Assembly (NCBI GenBank): GCA_964479835.1
Contig: CAYZRE010000002.1
Location: forward strand, 24,987-88,986
Direction of reading: 5' to 3'
Length of the DNA: 64,000 nucleotides
Source: an uncultured Candidatus Saccharibacteria bacterium
GTDB taxonomy: Bacteria > Patescibacteriota > Minisyncoccia > 2-02-FULL-40-12 > GWA2-44-9
In this document: positions 10,314 to 20,066 of the stretch, one piece after another
Layout of the letters: the number at the start of each line of letters is the position of its first letter
Position numbering within the stretch: the stretch's first letter is position 1
Program-made: the position numbers and the translations under genes
The notes under the pieces: model-generated
Seen by the model: the letters and a program-made list of their open reading frames with translations, nothing else
Told to the model about the DNA's origin: nothing
Databases searched by the model: none

Positions 10314-11306
10314 TCAAACGAGAACGGAGTTGATGAGTTGCGGGTGTCCGTTGATGAAATCCCGGGCGCTTTGACGAGTTGAGCCTTCGAGTTGGATTGA
10401 TTCTAAGGTTAGAGCACCGAGGCCGCAGACAACGACGACCTGCGAGAATTGCAGGACAACGGTACCCGCGGGAGCCGAGGGTACCGGACCATCGAATGGC
10501 TGTGCGTGCAGGATATTAAGCGTTTTATCGTTCAATGTTGTCCAGGTACCGGGGTTTGCCGAAAGCGCACGGACGCGGTTGTTTATTTCCGATGCGGACT
10601 TCGTCCAATCAATTCGACCATCGGAACGCTCGAATTTATGCGTTGTTGTGGCAAGGTTATGATTCTGTTGCAGGGGTATGACCGCATCCTTCGTATACTC
10701 CTCCAGGGTGCGTGCCAAAAGGTCTGCACCCAACCGCGCCAGCTCATCTTCACACAGTAAGGCATCAAATCCCGCGGGAATCGCCCAGCTTTCCTGTGCC
10801 AACACCGGCCCGTGGTCCATGGTATCGTCCAGCAACATGATACTAACGCCGGTAGATGCACAGCCGTCGAGGATTGCTGTTTGAATAGGCGACGGTCCTC
10901 GATATGCGGGCAACAACGACGGATGAACATTTAAGAAGCCGAGACGAGGAACTTCAAGATACCGCTTCGGGATAAGTTTTCCGTAGGCAACCACGATGCA
11001 CAGGTCAGGTTTTAGATTCTCAAATAATGTCCAAAAGGCATCATCTTTCAGTGACGGGGGCGTGTGGATTGGCAGGCCGAGGTCAGAGGCGGCCGTTCGG
11101 ACAGGGCTTGGTGTCACGAGCATGCGCCGGCCGACAGGTTTGTCAGGAGCTGTGACAACGGCCTCGATGGGCCACCCGTCAGTCAGAAGGCGTCGGAGCG
11201 TCGGAACTGCGAATAACGGCGTGCCAAAAAACACGATGCGTAGTCGCCGCTCGATAGCGGCTGTCATCCGAACAATCGGTTTTGGTGCTTCTACGAAAAT
11301 CGCCAT
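10314..11306 (-). CDS. fmt: Methionyl-tRNA formyltransferase
   Basis: FFGTP.FA, VVAYG, NVHPSLLP.YRGPSPI; TATACT-N6-ATG start. Confidence 0.96.
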   Translation of the reverse strand: MAIFVEAPKPIVRMTAAIERRLRIVFFGTPLFAVPTLRRLLTDGWPIEAVVTAPDKPVGRRMLVTPSPVRTAASDLGLPIHTPPSLKDDAFWTLFENLKPDLCIVVAYGKLIPKRYLEVPRLGFLNVHPSLLPAYRGPSPIQTAILDGCASTGVSIMLLDDTMDHGPVLAQESWAIPAGFDALLCEDELARLGADLLARTLEEYTKDAVIPLQQNHNLATTTHKFERSDGRIDWTKSASEINNRVRALSANPGTWTTLNDKTLNILHAQPFDGPVPSAPAGTVVLQFSQVVVVCGLGALTLESIQLEGSTRQSARDFINGHPQLINSVLV

Positions 11307-11395
11307 GCACGAAGTATACGCCGGCATGCAGGAACGAGACAATTGACAGATATGGAACGATATTGTACTATGACGCCAGTTCTGAGAGGAGAAAT

Positions 11396-11644
11396 ATGAG
11401 CGACCCGAGTATCGTGCCGTGGAGTCTTGTCTGGTGCGGTCTGATACTGGCCATCTGCGGTTTGGCTCTCGCACTGCACACCATCGACCATCCCAAGCAG
11501 AGCCCTCTCGCCTCTGTTGGCGCCGTGGGCGTGGTGTTGGGTATCGTCCTCATGGTCGTGCCACTACTGGTGAACGGTACCGTCATGCTCGAGAGAGCCC
11601 TTTGTGCAGCAGCGCAGAAGGCTTTCGCTCCTGCACGACCCTGA
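11396..11644 (+). CDS. Small two-TM orphan protein (SD-led cassette)
   Basis: TTGACA-N17-TACTAT promoter, SD GAGGAG, terminator hairpin 11654-11677. Confidence 0.65.
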   Translation: MSDPSIVPWSLVWCGLILAICGLALALHTIDHPKQSPLASVGAVGVVLGIVLMVVPLLVNGTVMLERALCAAAQKAFAPARP

Positions 11645-11685
11645 GACACCGAAAGCGCCTTCCTATCGGAGGGCGCTATTTTTAA

Positions 11686-12150
11686 TTATTTCTGCTTTCC
11701 GACGCGGTCTTTGATGGTCGTGCCGTTGAGGTGGTCGGTCTCGTGTTGGAGAACACGGGCGAGCATGCCGCGAGCGCGGAATTTTACGCGTACTCCGTGT
11801 TCGTCGAGCGCTTTGAACATAATTTTCTTGGCGCGGCGTACCGGTGCCCACATACCGGGTATCGACAGGCACCCTTCCTCGACATCATCAGTCTCTTTGC
11901 CGTATTCGGTAATGACGGGATTTGCGTAGGCCGACGGCACTTTATGTTCTGCCGCAAGCCGTTCGTCGATAACAAACAATGCCAAATCTTTACCCACCTG
12001 ATTTGCGGCAAGCCCGATGCCAATATAAGTTATCATATCTTTCTTCATCTCGACGATGAGCTCCGTATACACCCCCGCCTTCAACTGCGCCGCTTTCAAC
12101 GGTGTGCAGGTTTGCTTTAGTGAGGGGTGGGGGATGAGGGTGAGTTCCAT
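11686..12150 (-). CDS. def: Peptide deformylase
   Basis: GIGLAANQ, EGCLS and HETDH motifs. Confidence 0.97.
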   Translation of the reverse strand: MELTLIPHPSLKQTCTPLKAAQLKAGVYTELIVEMKKDMITYIGIGLAANQVGKDLALFVIDERLAAEHKVPSAYANPVITEYGKETDDVEEGCLSIPGMWAPVRRAKKIMFKALDEHGVRVKFRARGMLARVLQHETDHLNGTTIKDRVGKQK

Positions 12151-12181
12151 GAGCTATGGCGATACACGCCTACAGATTATC

Positions 12182-14083
12182 TCATGTAATAGAACGAGGG
12201 TCAACATCTATCGTCCAACGGTCGGGAACATATGAGAGAAGTTCAGAAAGCTTGGAACCTGAAAGGGTACTTTTGATGATGATATGCTGTGTCCATTGCC
12301 CTCCTCCGCGCTCGACCAGTGCCGGACCGGGTCCCAGCAGCCGTGTACCGCGCGCCCCCAGATGCTCAACAGCACGGCGCATACGATCCGCGGCGACGGC
12401 TGCCTGGCGTGATGCAGTTGCCCGGTCACGATGACGAAAACTTAATTTTACAATGCGCGCAAACGGCGGCCACACGAGCGCTTTTCGTTGTGTCAGCTCC
12501 GAGCGGTAATAGGTATCCCACTGCCGCGACGGAACATCGCCAAGAGCATCGGCGTCCTGCCAGCTTTGTACGACCACATGGCGCGGATGTAGGTCAGCGA
12601 TTTTCTCTAGTTGCACGATGAGCCGTTCCTGCGTGCGGTAATCGGGATTGTACGCAAGCGCATCAAGCTGCGGCACGATGACCGTATCGAATGTGCGGCT
12701 GTAGCGATGGCTGAAGATCATCTGGGAGGCGATCAGAATGGGATGTTCCATATCGTCTAATGTTGCCAGTATCGCATGTTCATCGGCCGCGGTGCGTATC
12801 AAGTCGGAATCTAAAATCGGAATTTTCAATTTGCGGTGGCCGTACCGGTCTAATATCGTGTTGACTGCCTCGGCAAGTTTTTGACTACCGGCCAGTCCCC
12901 GGGGACGAAGCGCGCCACCGTGACACGCCGGGCATTGTTTGGGGACTCCTGTAAACGCCCCGCAATGGTAGCAGACGAGCATTTCTTCCGTTGTCCGGTG
13001 CCAGCGCATCGGTACATCACAGGTTGCGCAGGGAAGTGTTTTTTTGCAAAATCCGCATCGCGCAACGGTTGCATATCCGCGACGCGCCGAAAGTATCAGG
13101 AGTGGCTTACCGGACTCATGACAATCCAGTAGCGCATCTGTTGCGTGCCGTGAAAACAAGGAACGGCTGCCATCGAGCTGCTCCTGCTCCATAGAAACCT
13201 GGGTAACGCGGGGCCAATACGGTTTTCTGTCTTCGAGCGTGAGTGTCCCCGTGGAAATCAGATGGTGATGTACCGTACTGATGGCGGGAGTCAGCCAGGT
13301 AAGCGATGCGCCGGTGAGAGCGGCAAGTTGGCGGGCCGCATCCGGTCCGTTATACCGCGGCGTCATATCGCTCTTATACGCTTCGTGGAGGGGATCCTCC
13401 ACCACGATGTGGCGCAGGTCGGACCAGGGTGCAAACAGCGCCAGGCGTGTGCCGATGATGACCCGTGCCGAACCGTCGGCAACTGCACGGTATGCCGCCT
13501 CATATGTGCGAGCCGATACTCCACTGTGTATGACCTGCGGTTTCAACGCGTGCAAAAGGTCACCAAATTCAAGCGCCAGAGAAACTTCAGGAACAAGGAT
13601 GAGCAGCTGCCCGTCCGTTTTCGATGCGATGCGTTTTATTTCGTTGAGAGTTGTATCCGGTTGTGTGAGCACAAGTCGTCCGGCGGGCGGTTCAATTTTT
13701 TTAAGAACATCACCTGACAGAGGAAGTGTAAGTAATTTTCCGCGTTTCCCCAAAAACGGCGGTGCGACGGTTTTCATGCATGTTGCCAGCGATGCTCCGT
13801 AGTGAGCGGCCATCCAACGGGCAAGAGAAAACTGGACACCGCTCATCTGGGGTGACTCGGTAATTACCGAGTCGATTTTCTTGAGGGCGAATGCCGACTT
13901 CTTGAGGGCCAGCTTGGCGGAGCGGACATCAAGGGACTCAACCACTAACGCTAAAACCAGTCGATGACCCATGGTGACCCGCACAAGGCTGCCCTGCGGC
14001 AGGGGAGTCGTCCAAAAGTAATCAAGGACCGCCGGAGCGTTGGCGGGCAAGGTGACCAAAGGGATGACGCGGACGATGTGCAT
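12182..14083 (-). CDS. priA: Primosomal protein N' (PriA) with degenerate helicase motifs
   Basis: RRGYA plus four CxxC zinc module, GTR.ALFAP, WPPF..., W.IDVDP C-terminus. Confidence 0.9.
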   Translation of the reverse strand: MHIVRVIPLVTLPANAPAVLDYFWTTPLPQGSLVRVTMGHRLVLALVVESLDVRSAKLALKKSAFALKKIDSVITESPQMSGVQFSLARWMAAHYGASLATCMKTVAPPFLGKRGKLLTLPLSGDVLKKIEPPAGRLVLTQPDTTLNEIKRIASKTDGQLLILVPEVSLALEFGDLLHALKPQVIHSGVSARTYEAAYRAVADGSARVIIGTRLALFAPWSDLRHIVVEDPLHEAYKSDMTPRYNGPDAARQLAALTGASLTWLTPAISTVHHHLISTGTLTLEDRKPYWPRVTQVSMEQEQLDGSRSLFSRHATDALLDCHESGKPLLILSARRGYATVARCGFCKKTLPCATCDVPMRWHRTTEEMLVCYHCGAFTGVPKQCPACHGGALRPRGLAGSQKLAEAVNTILDRYGHRKLKIPILDSDLIRTAADEHAILATLDDMEHPILIASQMIFSHRYSRTFDTVIVPQLDALAYNPDYRTQERLIVQLEKIADLHPRHVVVQSWQDADALGDVPSRQWDTYYRSELTQRKALVWPPFARIVKLSFRHRDRATASRQAAVAADRMRRAVEHLGARGTRLLGPGPALVERGGGQWTQHIIIKSTLSGSKLSELLSYVPDRWTIDVDPRSIT

Positions 14084-14146
14084 GTCTGTATTGAACCACA
14101 TTGGGGATTCGTTGCGAATGACCCGATTTTTGGATACCATAAGACT

Positions 14147-15445
14147 ATGGAGGTCAAAGTACGCATTGCACCATCACCGACAGGCAATCTCCACATCGGG
14201 ACCGCTCGTACGGCCCTGTTTAACTGGCTTTTTGCGCGCCACCACGGGGGTCAATTTATCGTGCGAATTGAGGATACCGACCTCGAACGGTCAAAGAAGG
14301 AGTATGAAACCAATATCGTAGAGGGACTCCGATGGCTTGGACTGGATTGGGATAATGAAAACCTGTACCGCCAGAGCGAACGCCTCGATGTCTATCGCCG
14401 GTATCTCCAACAGCTGCTGGATAACGGTAAAGCATTCTGGCGCGAGTATACCACCGAGGAACAAGATGAGATGAAGCGTGAAGGCAGGCCTGCGCGTGAC
14501 AGGGTCATCGTTCTCAAAGATGAAGGTGATCCCGAGCGAGCGGTAGCGTTTGATGATGTCATTCGCGACACGGTATCGGTGCAGGCAAAACACATCGGAC
14601 AGGTGGTGCTCGCCAAAGATCTGGATACCCCACTCTACAATTTTGCGGTCGTCGTTGACGATTTAGATATGGCTATTACGCACGTGATCCGCGGTGAAGA
14701 CCATATCAGCAATACCGCGAAGCAACTGTTGATCTATGAGGCGCTCAAAGCAACGCCGCCGAAATTTGCGCACTTACCGCTCATTTTGGGCATAGACCGG
14801 AGCAAGATGTCCAAGCGTCACGGCGCCACCAATATCGCCGATTATCAGGTTGACTATCTGCCCGATGCGCTGGTGAACTTCATGGCGCAGATGGGGTATA
14901 CTTATGAGCCGGAGCTGATGGACCGCCAGGAAATGGCGCGACAGTTCGATTTAGCTCGGGTACACAAAAGTGGTGCCGTGTTTGATCAGGCGAAGCTGAA
15001 CTGGATGAACGCGCAATATATAAAACGCATGGAACCCGCAGCATTCAAGACGCTCATCGGGAAGCCCCACCTGCCGGAGGCGGCTGTGCCGTTGATGACC
15101 GAGCGACTTGAGCGATTAGGCGATGTATCGCAATTTGTATATCTGTGGGACGAGCCCGAGTATGAAGCGGAGGTGTTGTTCTGGAAGGACAACGATGTCG
15201 CCACTACGATACGGGCGTTGCGCGCCTGTGCCACATTGGCCGAAGAGGGTAAACTTACAAAAGATGCTCTGGACAGTATCGCGGTAGAGCAGTTCGAAGG
15301 AAAGAAAGGCAGTATCTATTGGCCGCTTCGTGTGGCATTGTCCGGCCTGCGCAACAGTGCCGGACCGTTGGATATCTATGGAGTGATCGGTGCCGGAGAT
15401 GCGACTCGGAGAATCAAAAAAGCCATCAGTAAACTACAACCATGA
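14147..15445 (+). CDS. gltX: Glutamate--tRNA ligase
   Basis: RIAPSPTG.LHIG, IRGEDH, KMSKR; TACCAT-N6-ATG start. Confidence 0.97.
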   Translation: MEVKVRIAPSPTGNLHIGTARTALFNWLFARHHGGQFIVRIEDTDLERSKKEYETNIVEGLRWLGLDWDNENLYRQSERLDVYRRYLQQLLDNGKAFWREYTTEEQDEMKREGRPARDRVIVLKDEGDPERAVAFDDVIRDTVSVQAKHIGQVVLAKDLDTPLYNFAVVVDDLDMAITHVIRGEDHISNTAKQLLIYEALKATPPKFAHLPLILGIDRSKMSKRHGATNIADYQVDYLPDALVNFMAQMGYTYEPELMDRQEMARQFDLARVHKSGAVFDQAKLNWMNAQYIKRMEPAAFKTLIGKPHLPEAAVPLMTERLERLGDVSQFVYLWDEPEYEAEVLFWKDNDVATTIRALRACATLAEEGKLTKDALDSIAVEQFEGKKGSIYWPLRVALSGLRNSAGPLDIYGVIGAGDATRRIKKAISKLQP

Positions 15446-16686
15446 CCATACACGGAGGGCTCCAACGCGTTATTTTATCGGCGCTCGTAGTGGCGGCATT
15501 GGTGGTGCCCTATTCCGTACGCGCAGAAACAGCTGATGAGGCCCGCATCCGACAGTTGCAGAGTCAGATTGATGCGCTTGAACAGGAGGCGGCCGCAAAG
15601 CGGGCTGTTATCACGACGACACGCGCGCAGGCTGACTCATTAAAAAAAGAGATATCCATTTTACAGAACCAGATTGGAGTCGTACAGGCGCAGATAAACT
15701 CGACCAACACAAAAATAGATCTGACGGTACTGGAGATTGGCGGTGTACAGGACGAAATCGGGCAGAAGCGCGAGGACATAAGTCGCAAACGGGAAACCAT
15801 GGGGCGGTTGGTATTCTTTCTGGACCAGAGAGACCACGAGGATTTGCTCGCCAGCCTGTTCAAATATACGCAATTGTCTGAATTTCTCGCCCAACTGCAC
15901 GATGTGGCGAATGTGCAGAATCGCATCATGGGGATGATTGCGGACATCAAAGGAGTAAAGGCGGCCCTCGAGGAGGACAAAACCGAACTCGAAGGCAAGC
16001 AGGAGGAATTAGAAAGCCTCAATGAACAGGCAGCTCAGCGTCAACAGCAGTTGTCCGGAACAAAAGGAGAGAGAGCTCGGGTGCTGTCTGTCACCAAGGG
16101 TCAAGAGGCGGTGTATCAAAAGCAACTTACGGCGATTGAACAGCAGAAGGCGCAGTTCTTCAAAGAACTACGCGAGTTGGAGCTCAAGGTTGTCTCGGGT
16201 GGGTTTTACATCGTGCATGTGAAGGCCGACTTTGTCCCGTCCTGTGGGACGAAGTTGTTCTCCTGGCCGGAAAGTAACTACTACCTTACCCAGGGCTATG
16301 GCATGACGGCGTACGCAAAACGCGGGGCATATGGCGGGGCACCGCACAACGGCATTGATATCGCCGCCGGTTTCGGTTCACCCATTAAGGCTATCGGCGA
16401 CGGCACGATCGTGGCCAATGGCACGAATTCGGGCTGGGGCAATTGGGTTGCAATTCAACATACAAATAACATGGTTTCAATCTACGGCCACATGAGCTCG
16501 TTTAACCGTTCAGTCGGCGCACAAGTTAGAACGGGAGACATCATCGGGTTCGAGGGTAAAACCGGCAAGGTGACCGGAAGTCATTTGCATCTGTCCCTCT
16601 ATCGGGAGTTCTTCACCTACCTGAAGGGGAGTGAGCTGTACTTCAATTATTTTGACGGCACGGTCAACCCGACCTGCTACCTATAA
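15442..16686 (+). CDS. Secreted coiled-coil M23 peptidase (murein hydrolase)
   Basis: Signal peptide, long coiled coil, HNGID and HLH M23 motifs. Confidence 0.9.
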   Translation: MTIHGGLQRVILSALVVAALVVPYSVRAETADEARIRQLQSQIDALEQEAAAKRAVITTTRAQADSLKKEISILQNQIGVVQAQINSTNTKIDLTVLEIGGVQDEIGQKREDISRKRETMGRLVFFLDQRDHEDLLASLFKYTQLSEFLAQLHDVANVQNRIMGMIADIKGVKAALEEDKTELEGKQEELESLNEQAAQRQQQLSGTKGERARVLSVTKGQEAVYQKQLTAIEQQKAQFFKELRELELKVVSGGFYIVHVKADFVPSCGTKLFSWPESNYYLTQGYGMTAYAKRGAYGGAPHNGIDIAAGFGSPIKAIGDGTIVANGTNSGWGNWVAIQHTNNMVSIYGHMSSFNRSVGAQVRTGDIIGFEGKTGKVTGSHLHLSLYREFFTYLKGSELYFNYFDGTVNPTCYL

Positions 16687-16726
16687 GAAAAAGAGGGGAG
16701 CTCTAGGGCTCCCCTCTGCGGTGCGA

Positions 16727-16984
16727 CTACTCGGTGCGATCCCGAGCATCCGGGTTGCGGTCCTCGAAGATCGCATACGGCAACTTGTGCTCGATCAACC
16801 CGATTTCCGTGCCGGTTGCGGGGTCGATGATACGGCCCGTCACGACGAATTCGAATTGCGCGTAGTACGGCTCGCTCGTCAGTTGCTCGACGAGCGCATC
16901 CGCCATCGCCGTTCCCGCCCTCATGAGGTCAGGTCTGGCAGCCTGGACAGCATCGTTGAGCACGATTGTCGGATGGGCAATCAT
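16727..16984 (-). CDS. Orphan hypothetical protein (SD-led cassette)
   Basis: TTGACC-N17-TATACT promoter, SD GAGGTG, hairpin 16688-16717. Confidence 0.6.
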   Translation of the reverse strand: MIAHPTIVLNDAVQAARPDLMRAGTAMADALVEQLTSEPYYAQFEFVVTGRIIDPATGTEIGLIEHKLPYAIFEDRNPDARDRTE

Positions 16985-17372
16985 AGGCACCTCTTGATAT
17001 AAGTATAGCATATAGATAGAGACAGGTCAATAATAGGGGAGCGGGGGGCGGTGTGGCACATTACGCCATACGGAAGCAGGCGACAGATGCGGACGGACCG
17101 TGTCGTTCCGCAATGAGTTCCGTCCGACTTACCGATGTTCCGTCCGATATCATCCCGCGCGTAAAACGCGAAGGAACCGTAGCTCTATTTTGACCATCCG
17201 GGGGACTTCTCAAAAATACAATCTGCGTATTCGGATGAAATGTTTACGTGACCGATGGCACGACAGAAAGGGAGGTAGTGGGGGTGTATATAATAGAGAG
17301 AATAATCACATTATTGGCCCCGGGTCTTATAGGCGTTTTTTGGGCATTAACAGGGGAGTCGTGCATGGTATA

Positions 17373-17400
17373 AGGACGCATAATCTACATTGGGCGACAT
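17373..17400. other. Candidate dif (Xer recombination) site
   Basis: AGGACGCATAA-TCTACA-TTGGGCGACAT has the 11-6-11 layout of E. coli dif (8/11 and 6/11 arm identity), in a 0.5-kb non-coding gap at an apparent GC-skew switch. Confidence 0.4.
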
Positions 17401-17548
17401 GATATCAAACCGGCCGGGGCACTCCCCTTGGCCGTTTTCATCATGTACGCCCAATGTGGCTATGTTGTGCAACGCGCTGCATCGCACAACATAGCCGAAC
17501 GATGCATCATTAAAAAAAGAGCACGCGCCGTGTCGCGTGCTCTGTACC

Positions 17549-18031
17549 TCACTTCACAAGGACTCTGCACTCTACTCGCGCCATGGTCTTACCTGACTTC
17601 GTCAGCTTGGCGGTAATCACATACTCACCTGGCATGAGCGAGAAGCGTTTGGGAGTGTCTTCAGACCATCGGTCCACCTCCCCTTCTTGTGATGCGAGTA
17701 CGGTCTCGTAGGGAGGGCAATCGCTCTCGTGGCCGCCTTGTAAATCAGAATCGATGTACCACTCAATGCCCGGACACCAGAGATGCTCGCCCGGGTTATC
17801 GACGTAGAGTTTTGCGAGCACCAGTGCGGGACGGAGGCCATAGCTGATTGCAAGACGGGGGCTACACACCAACTTTGCTACCGGTTTCTGCTTCTTCGAC
17901 GGGAATGACGGCCTTGCCGGAATGTTTGCGGTGGGCACAGTGACCTCACCCACAACGACGACCGGCGGGTCCTCCGGGCTCTGTATCTGTATCCGTATCA
18001 GCACCACTACCAGGAACAGTTCTGCCAGCAT
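17549..18031 (-). CDS. Orphan secreted or membrane-anchored protein (SD-led cassette)
   Basis: SD AAGGAGG, TTGACG upstream, hydrophobic N-terminus, Pro-rich linker, terminator 17512-17543. Confidence 0.65.
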   Translation of the reverse strand: MLAELFLVVVLIRIQIQSPEDPPVVVVGEVTVPTANIPARPSFPSKKQKPVAKLVCSPRLAISYGLRPALVLAKLYVDNPGEHLWCPGIEWYIDSDLQGGHESDCPPYETVLASQEGEVDRWSEDTPKRFSLMPGEYVITAKLTKSGKTMARVECRVLVK

Positions 18032-18158
18032 ACCGCTCCTCCTTGGAACTACGAAGAAAAGGAAACAGTATGAAATCCCCCGATGCTCGTCAATAATGTA
18101 CAGTGGATATCGGTTTGTGCCTTGCGATAGGCCGTGCACAGGGTACTATGGACTGCAT

Positions 18159-18830
18159 ATGTCACGCATCGTATTCGATATAGAAACCGTCGGCGTTGAC
18201 TTCGCAACGCTCGATGAACAGGCACAAGAGTATCTGCTGAAGTCCGCGCGTACGCCTGAAGAAAAAGAGCTTGTTCCTGAGCGGTTAAGCTTCTCCCCTC
18301 TGACCGGGCAGGTCGTAGCCATTGCAATGCTCAACCCGGAAACGGGCAAAGGAGCGGTGTACTATCAGGCGCCCGGCACAGAGCCCGTTGAGCGCGACGA
18401 AGACGGCATTGTATACGCAACAGGCACCGAGGCCGATATTCTGGAGAAGTTCTGGCGCACCATCGCTTTTTATGAACAATTCGTTACCTTCAATGGTCGC
18501 GCATTCGATTGCCCGTTTCTGATGGTCCGCAGTGCCGTCAATAAGGTAAAGCCGTCCAAGAACCTCGTTCCCTACCGCTACGGGGATGAGCATATCGATT
18601 TATTTGACCGACTGGGATTTTTCGGTGCCGTGCGACACACGATGAGTTTGCATATGTGGTGCCAAGCATTGGGAATTCGTTCAAGTAAAGCAGGCGGCAT
18701 CAACGGCCATGAAGTACCCGTATTTTTCAAGAACGGCCGATACGAGGAAATCGCACGATATTGCTTCGACGATATTCGCGCGACTTCGGAGTTGTTTGAT
18801 TATTGGAATCGGTACATCAATATAAAGTAG
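18159..18830 (+). CDS. DEDD 3'-5' exonuclease (PolB-exo/RNase H-like)
   Basis: FDIET, TFNG..FD.PF and YC..D (ExoI-III) motifs. Confidence 0.85.
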   Translation: MSRIVFDIETVGVDFATLDEQAQEYLLKSARTPEEKELVPERLSFSPLTGQVVAIAMLNPETGKGAVYYQAPGTEPVERDEDGIVYATGTEADILEKFWRTIAFYEQFVTFNGRAFDCPFLMVRSAVNKVKPSKNLVPYRYGDEHIDLFDRLGFFGAVRHTMSLHMWCQALGIRSSKAGGINGHEVPVFFKNGRYEEIARYCFDDIRATSELFDYWNRYINIK

Positions 18831-18833
18831 AGA

Positions 18834-19574
18834 ATGGAATATGATTCCGTAGAGGAGTTTAAGATGCGCGCAGGATACGATATAGACGGTATCTGGTACC
18901 CGCGCGTTACCTCTATCCTCTCCATCAAAGCGAAGCCTGCTCTGCTTCGTTACTATGGCGGCATGCGGAGCTTCAAGGCGGCTGACGATGTTAAAGAGGC
19001 CAGCGCGCGCGAAGGTACCCTGGTACACGAAGCGGTTGAAGCAATTGCCCGAGGTGAACATCCGGACATTGATCCGAATGCACGGCCATCCGTTGATGCG
19101 TACCTCGAATTTGCGCGCAATAACGACATCGAGCCCCTGCTAGTGGAAGAACGCATCATCAGCCGTCAGCACGGCTATGCCGGAACCATCGATATGCTGG
19201 CGCGGGTCAACGGCGTTGTCGGCGTTCTCGACATTAAGACGAGCAAGCGAATATACCGCGATTACGGTCTCCAGACTGCCGCATATATGCAAGCGCTACG
19301 GGAGAATCCCGATACTCCAACACCGACGACCAGCTGGGTTCTACGATTGGACCAATGCCGTGCATGCGAGCTCTGCGGCGTGTCATTGCGCACAAAAGGA
19401 GGGGCATTCCGTGTCAGTGCCGGCGGTAAAGGATGCACCCATCGGTGGGGTCCCGTGCAGGGACAATTCGAGTTTCAGGAGATGGGAAATACTGAACATA
19501 ATCTGCAGGCATTTCTGGCGTCGAAGTCTCTCTGGGAATGGGAGCACCACGACTACCTGAAACAATTGCGGTAA
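18834..19574 (+). CDS. PD-(D/E)xK nuclease with Zn-ribbon insert
   Basis: PRVTSIL, GTLVH, YAGTID..., LDIKT, LQ.AAY; C-x2-C-x2-C...C.H. Confidence 0.8.
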   Translation: MEYDSVEEFKMRAGYDIDGIWYPRVTSILSIKAKPALLRYYGGMRSFKAADDVKEASAREGTLVHEAVEAIARGEHPDIDPNARPSVDAYLEFARNNDIEPLLVEERIISRQHGYAGTIDMLARVNGVVGVLDIKTSKRIYRDYGLQTAAYMQALRENPDTPTPTTSWVLRLDQCRACELCGVSLRTKGGAFRVSAGGKGCTHRWGPVQGQFEFQEMGNTEHNLQAFLASKSLWEWEHHDYLKQLR

Positions 19575-19599
19575 AGAAAAACGGCGACCCATGTCGCCG

Positions 19600-20046
19600 T
19601 CACTTCGGGAGATCGTCTTCGAGGAGGATGTTGCGGTCAAGCTTCCGGCTCTTGATGATGTCCGCAGCCAGGCGTAACGTCATACACTCCGCGACATCGC
19701 CCTCGAGCTCCTCGGCGCGTGCTTCAAGCTCACTGATGACCGTGACCTTTTCCTGCTCGAAGTGATCACGAATCGCCTGCCACTTGAGTTCTGAGGGCAC
19801 CTCTTCGTCCGCGACATGTTCGTGAAATACCTTACAGCCGTCACCCGCACCCCATTCGTTGTGGCAGGACCCCTGTGGCCGAAGGATGTACTGGCCCTCC
19901 GGCTGTCCGTAGGGACAGCGTACGCGTCCATCAACCCAACACGTGTCCGCTTTGATGAGTCTGTTTTCGTCCTCATCAACGACGCGCAGTCCGGCGCGGT
20001 CTGCCAGCATGATGATGCGCTCACGCAATTCCTGTTGATCCATCAC
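19600..20046 (-). CDS. Orphan hypothetical protein, Cys-containing (SD-led cassette)
   Basis: TTGCGG-N17-TACCGT promoter, SD GGAGGTG, hairpin at about 19575-19600. Confidence 0.6.
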   Translation of the reverse strand: MMDQQELRERIIMLADRAGLRVVDEDENRLIKADTCWVDGRVRCPYGQPEGQYILRPQGSCHNEWGAGDGCKVFHEHVADEEVPSELKWQAIRDHFEQEKVTVISELEARAEELEGDVAECMTLRLAADIIKSRKLDRNILLEDDLPK

Positions 20047-20066
20047 TCACCTCCGCAAATACGGTA

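Noticed and set aside
12618-12627. ATGAGCCGTT inside priA as evidence for a DNA uptake sequence
   Set aside because: Only one or two coding half-sites were seen, far fewer than an uptake sequence would give; needs a genome-wide count
13964-14146. Long upstream starts from the ORF track (gltX, fmt, priA, NRAMP, rpsK, DUF2779, 38111 gene)
   Set aside because: They overlap neighbouring genes or promoters; downstream ATGs fit the family N-termini and the -10 spacing
17100-17402. 100-aa ORF in the putative terminus gap
   Set aside because: No recognisable motif or start signal, atypical composition, and it overlaps repeats and hairpins
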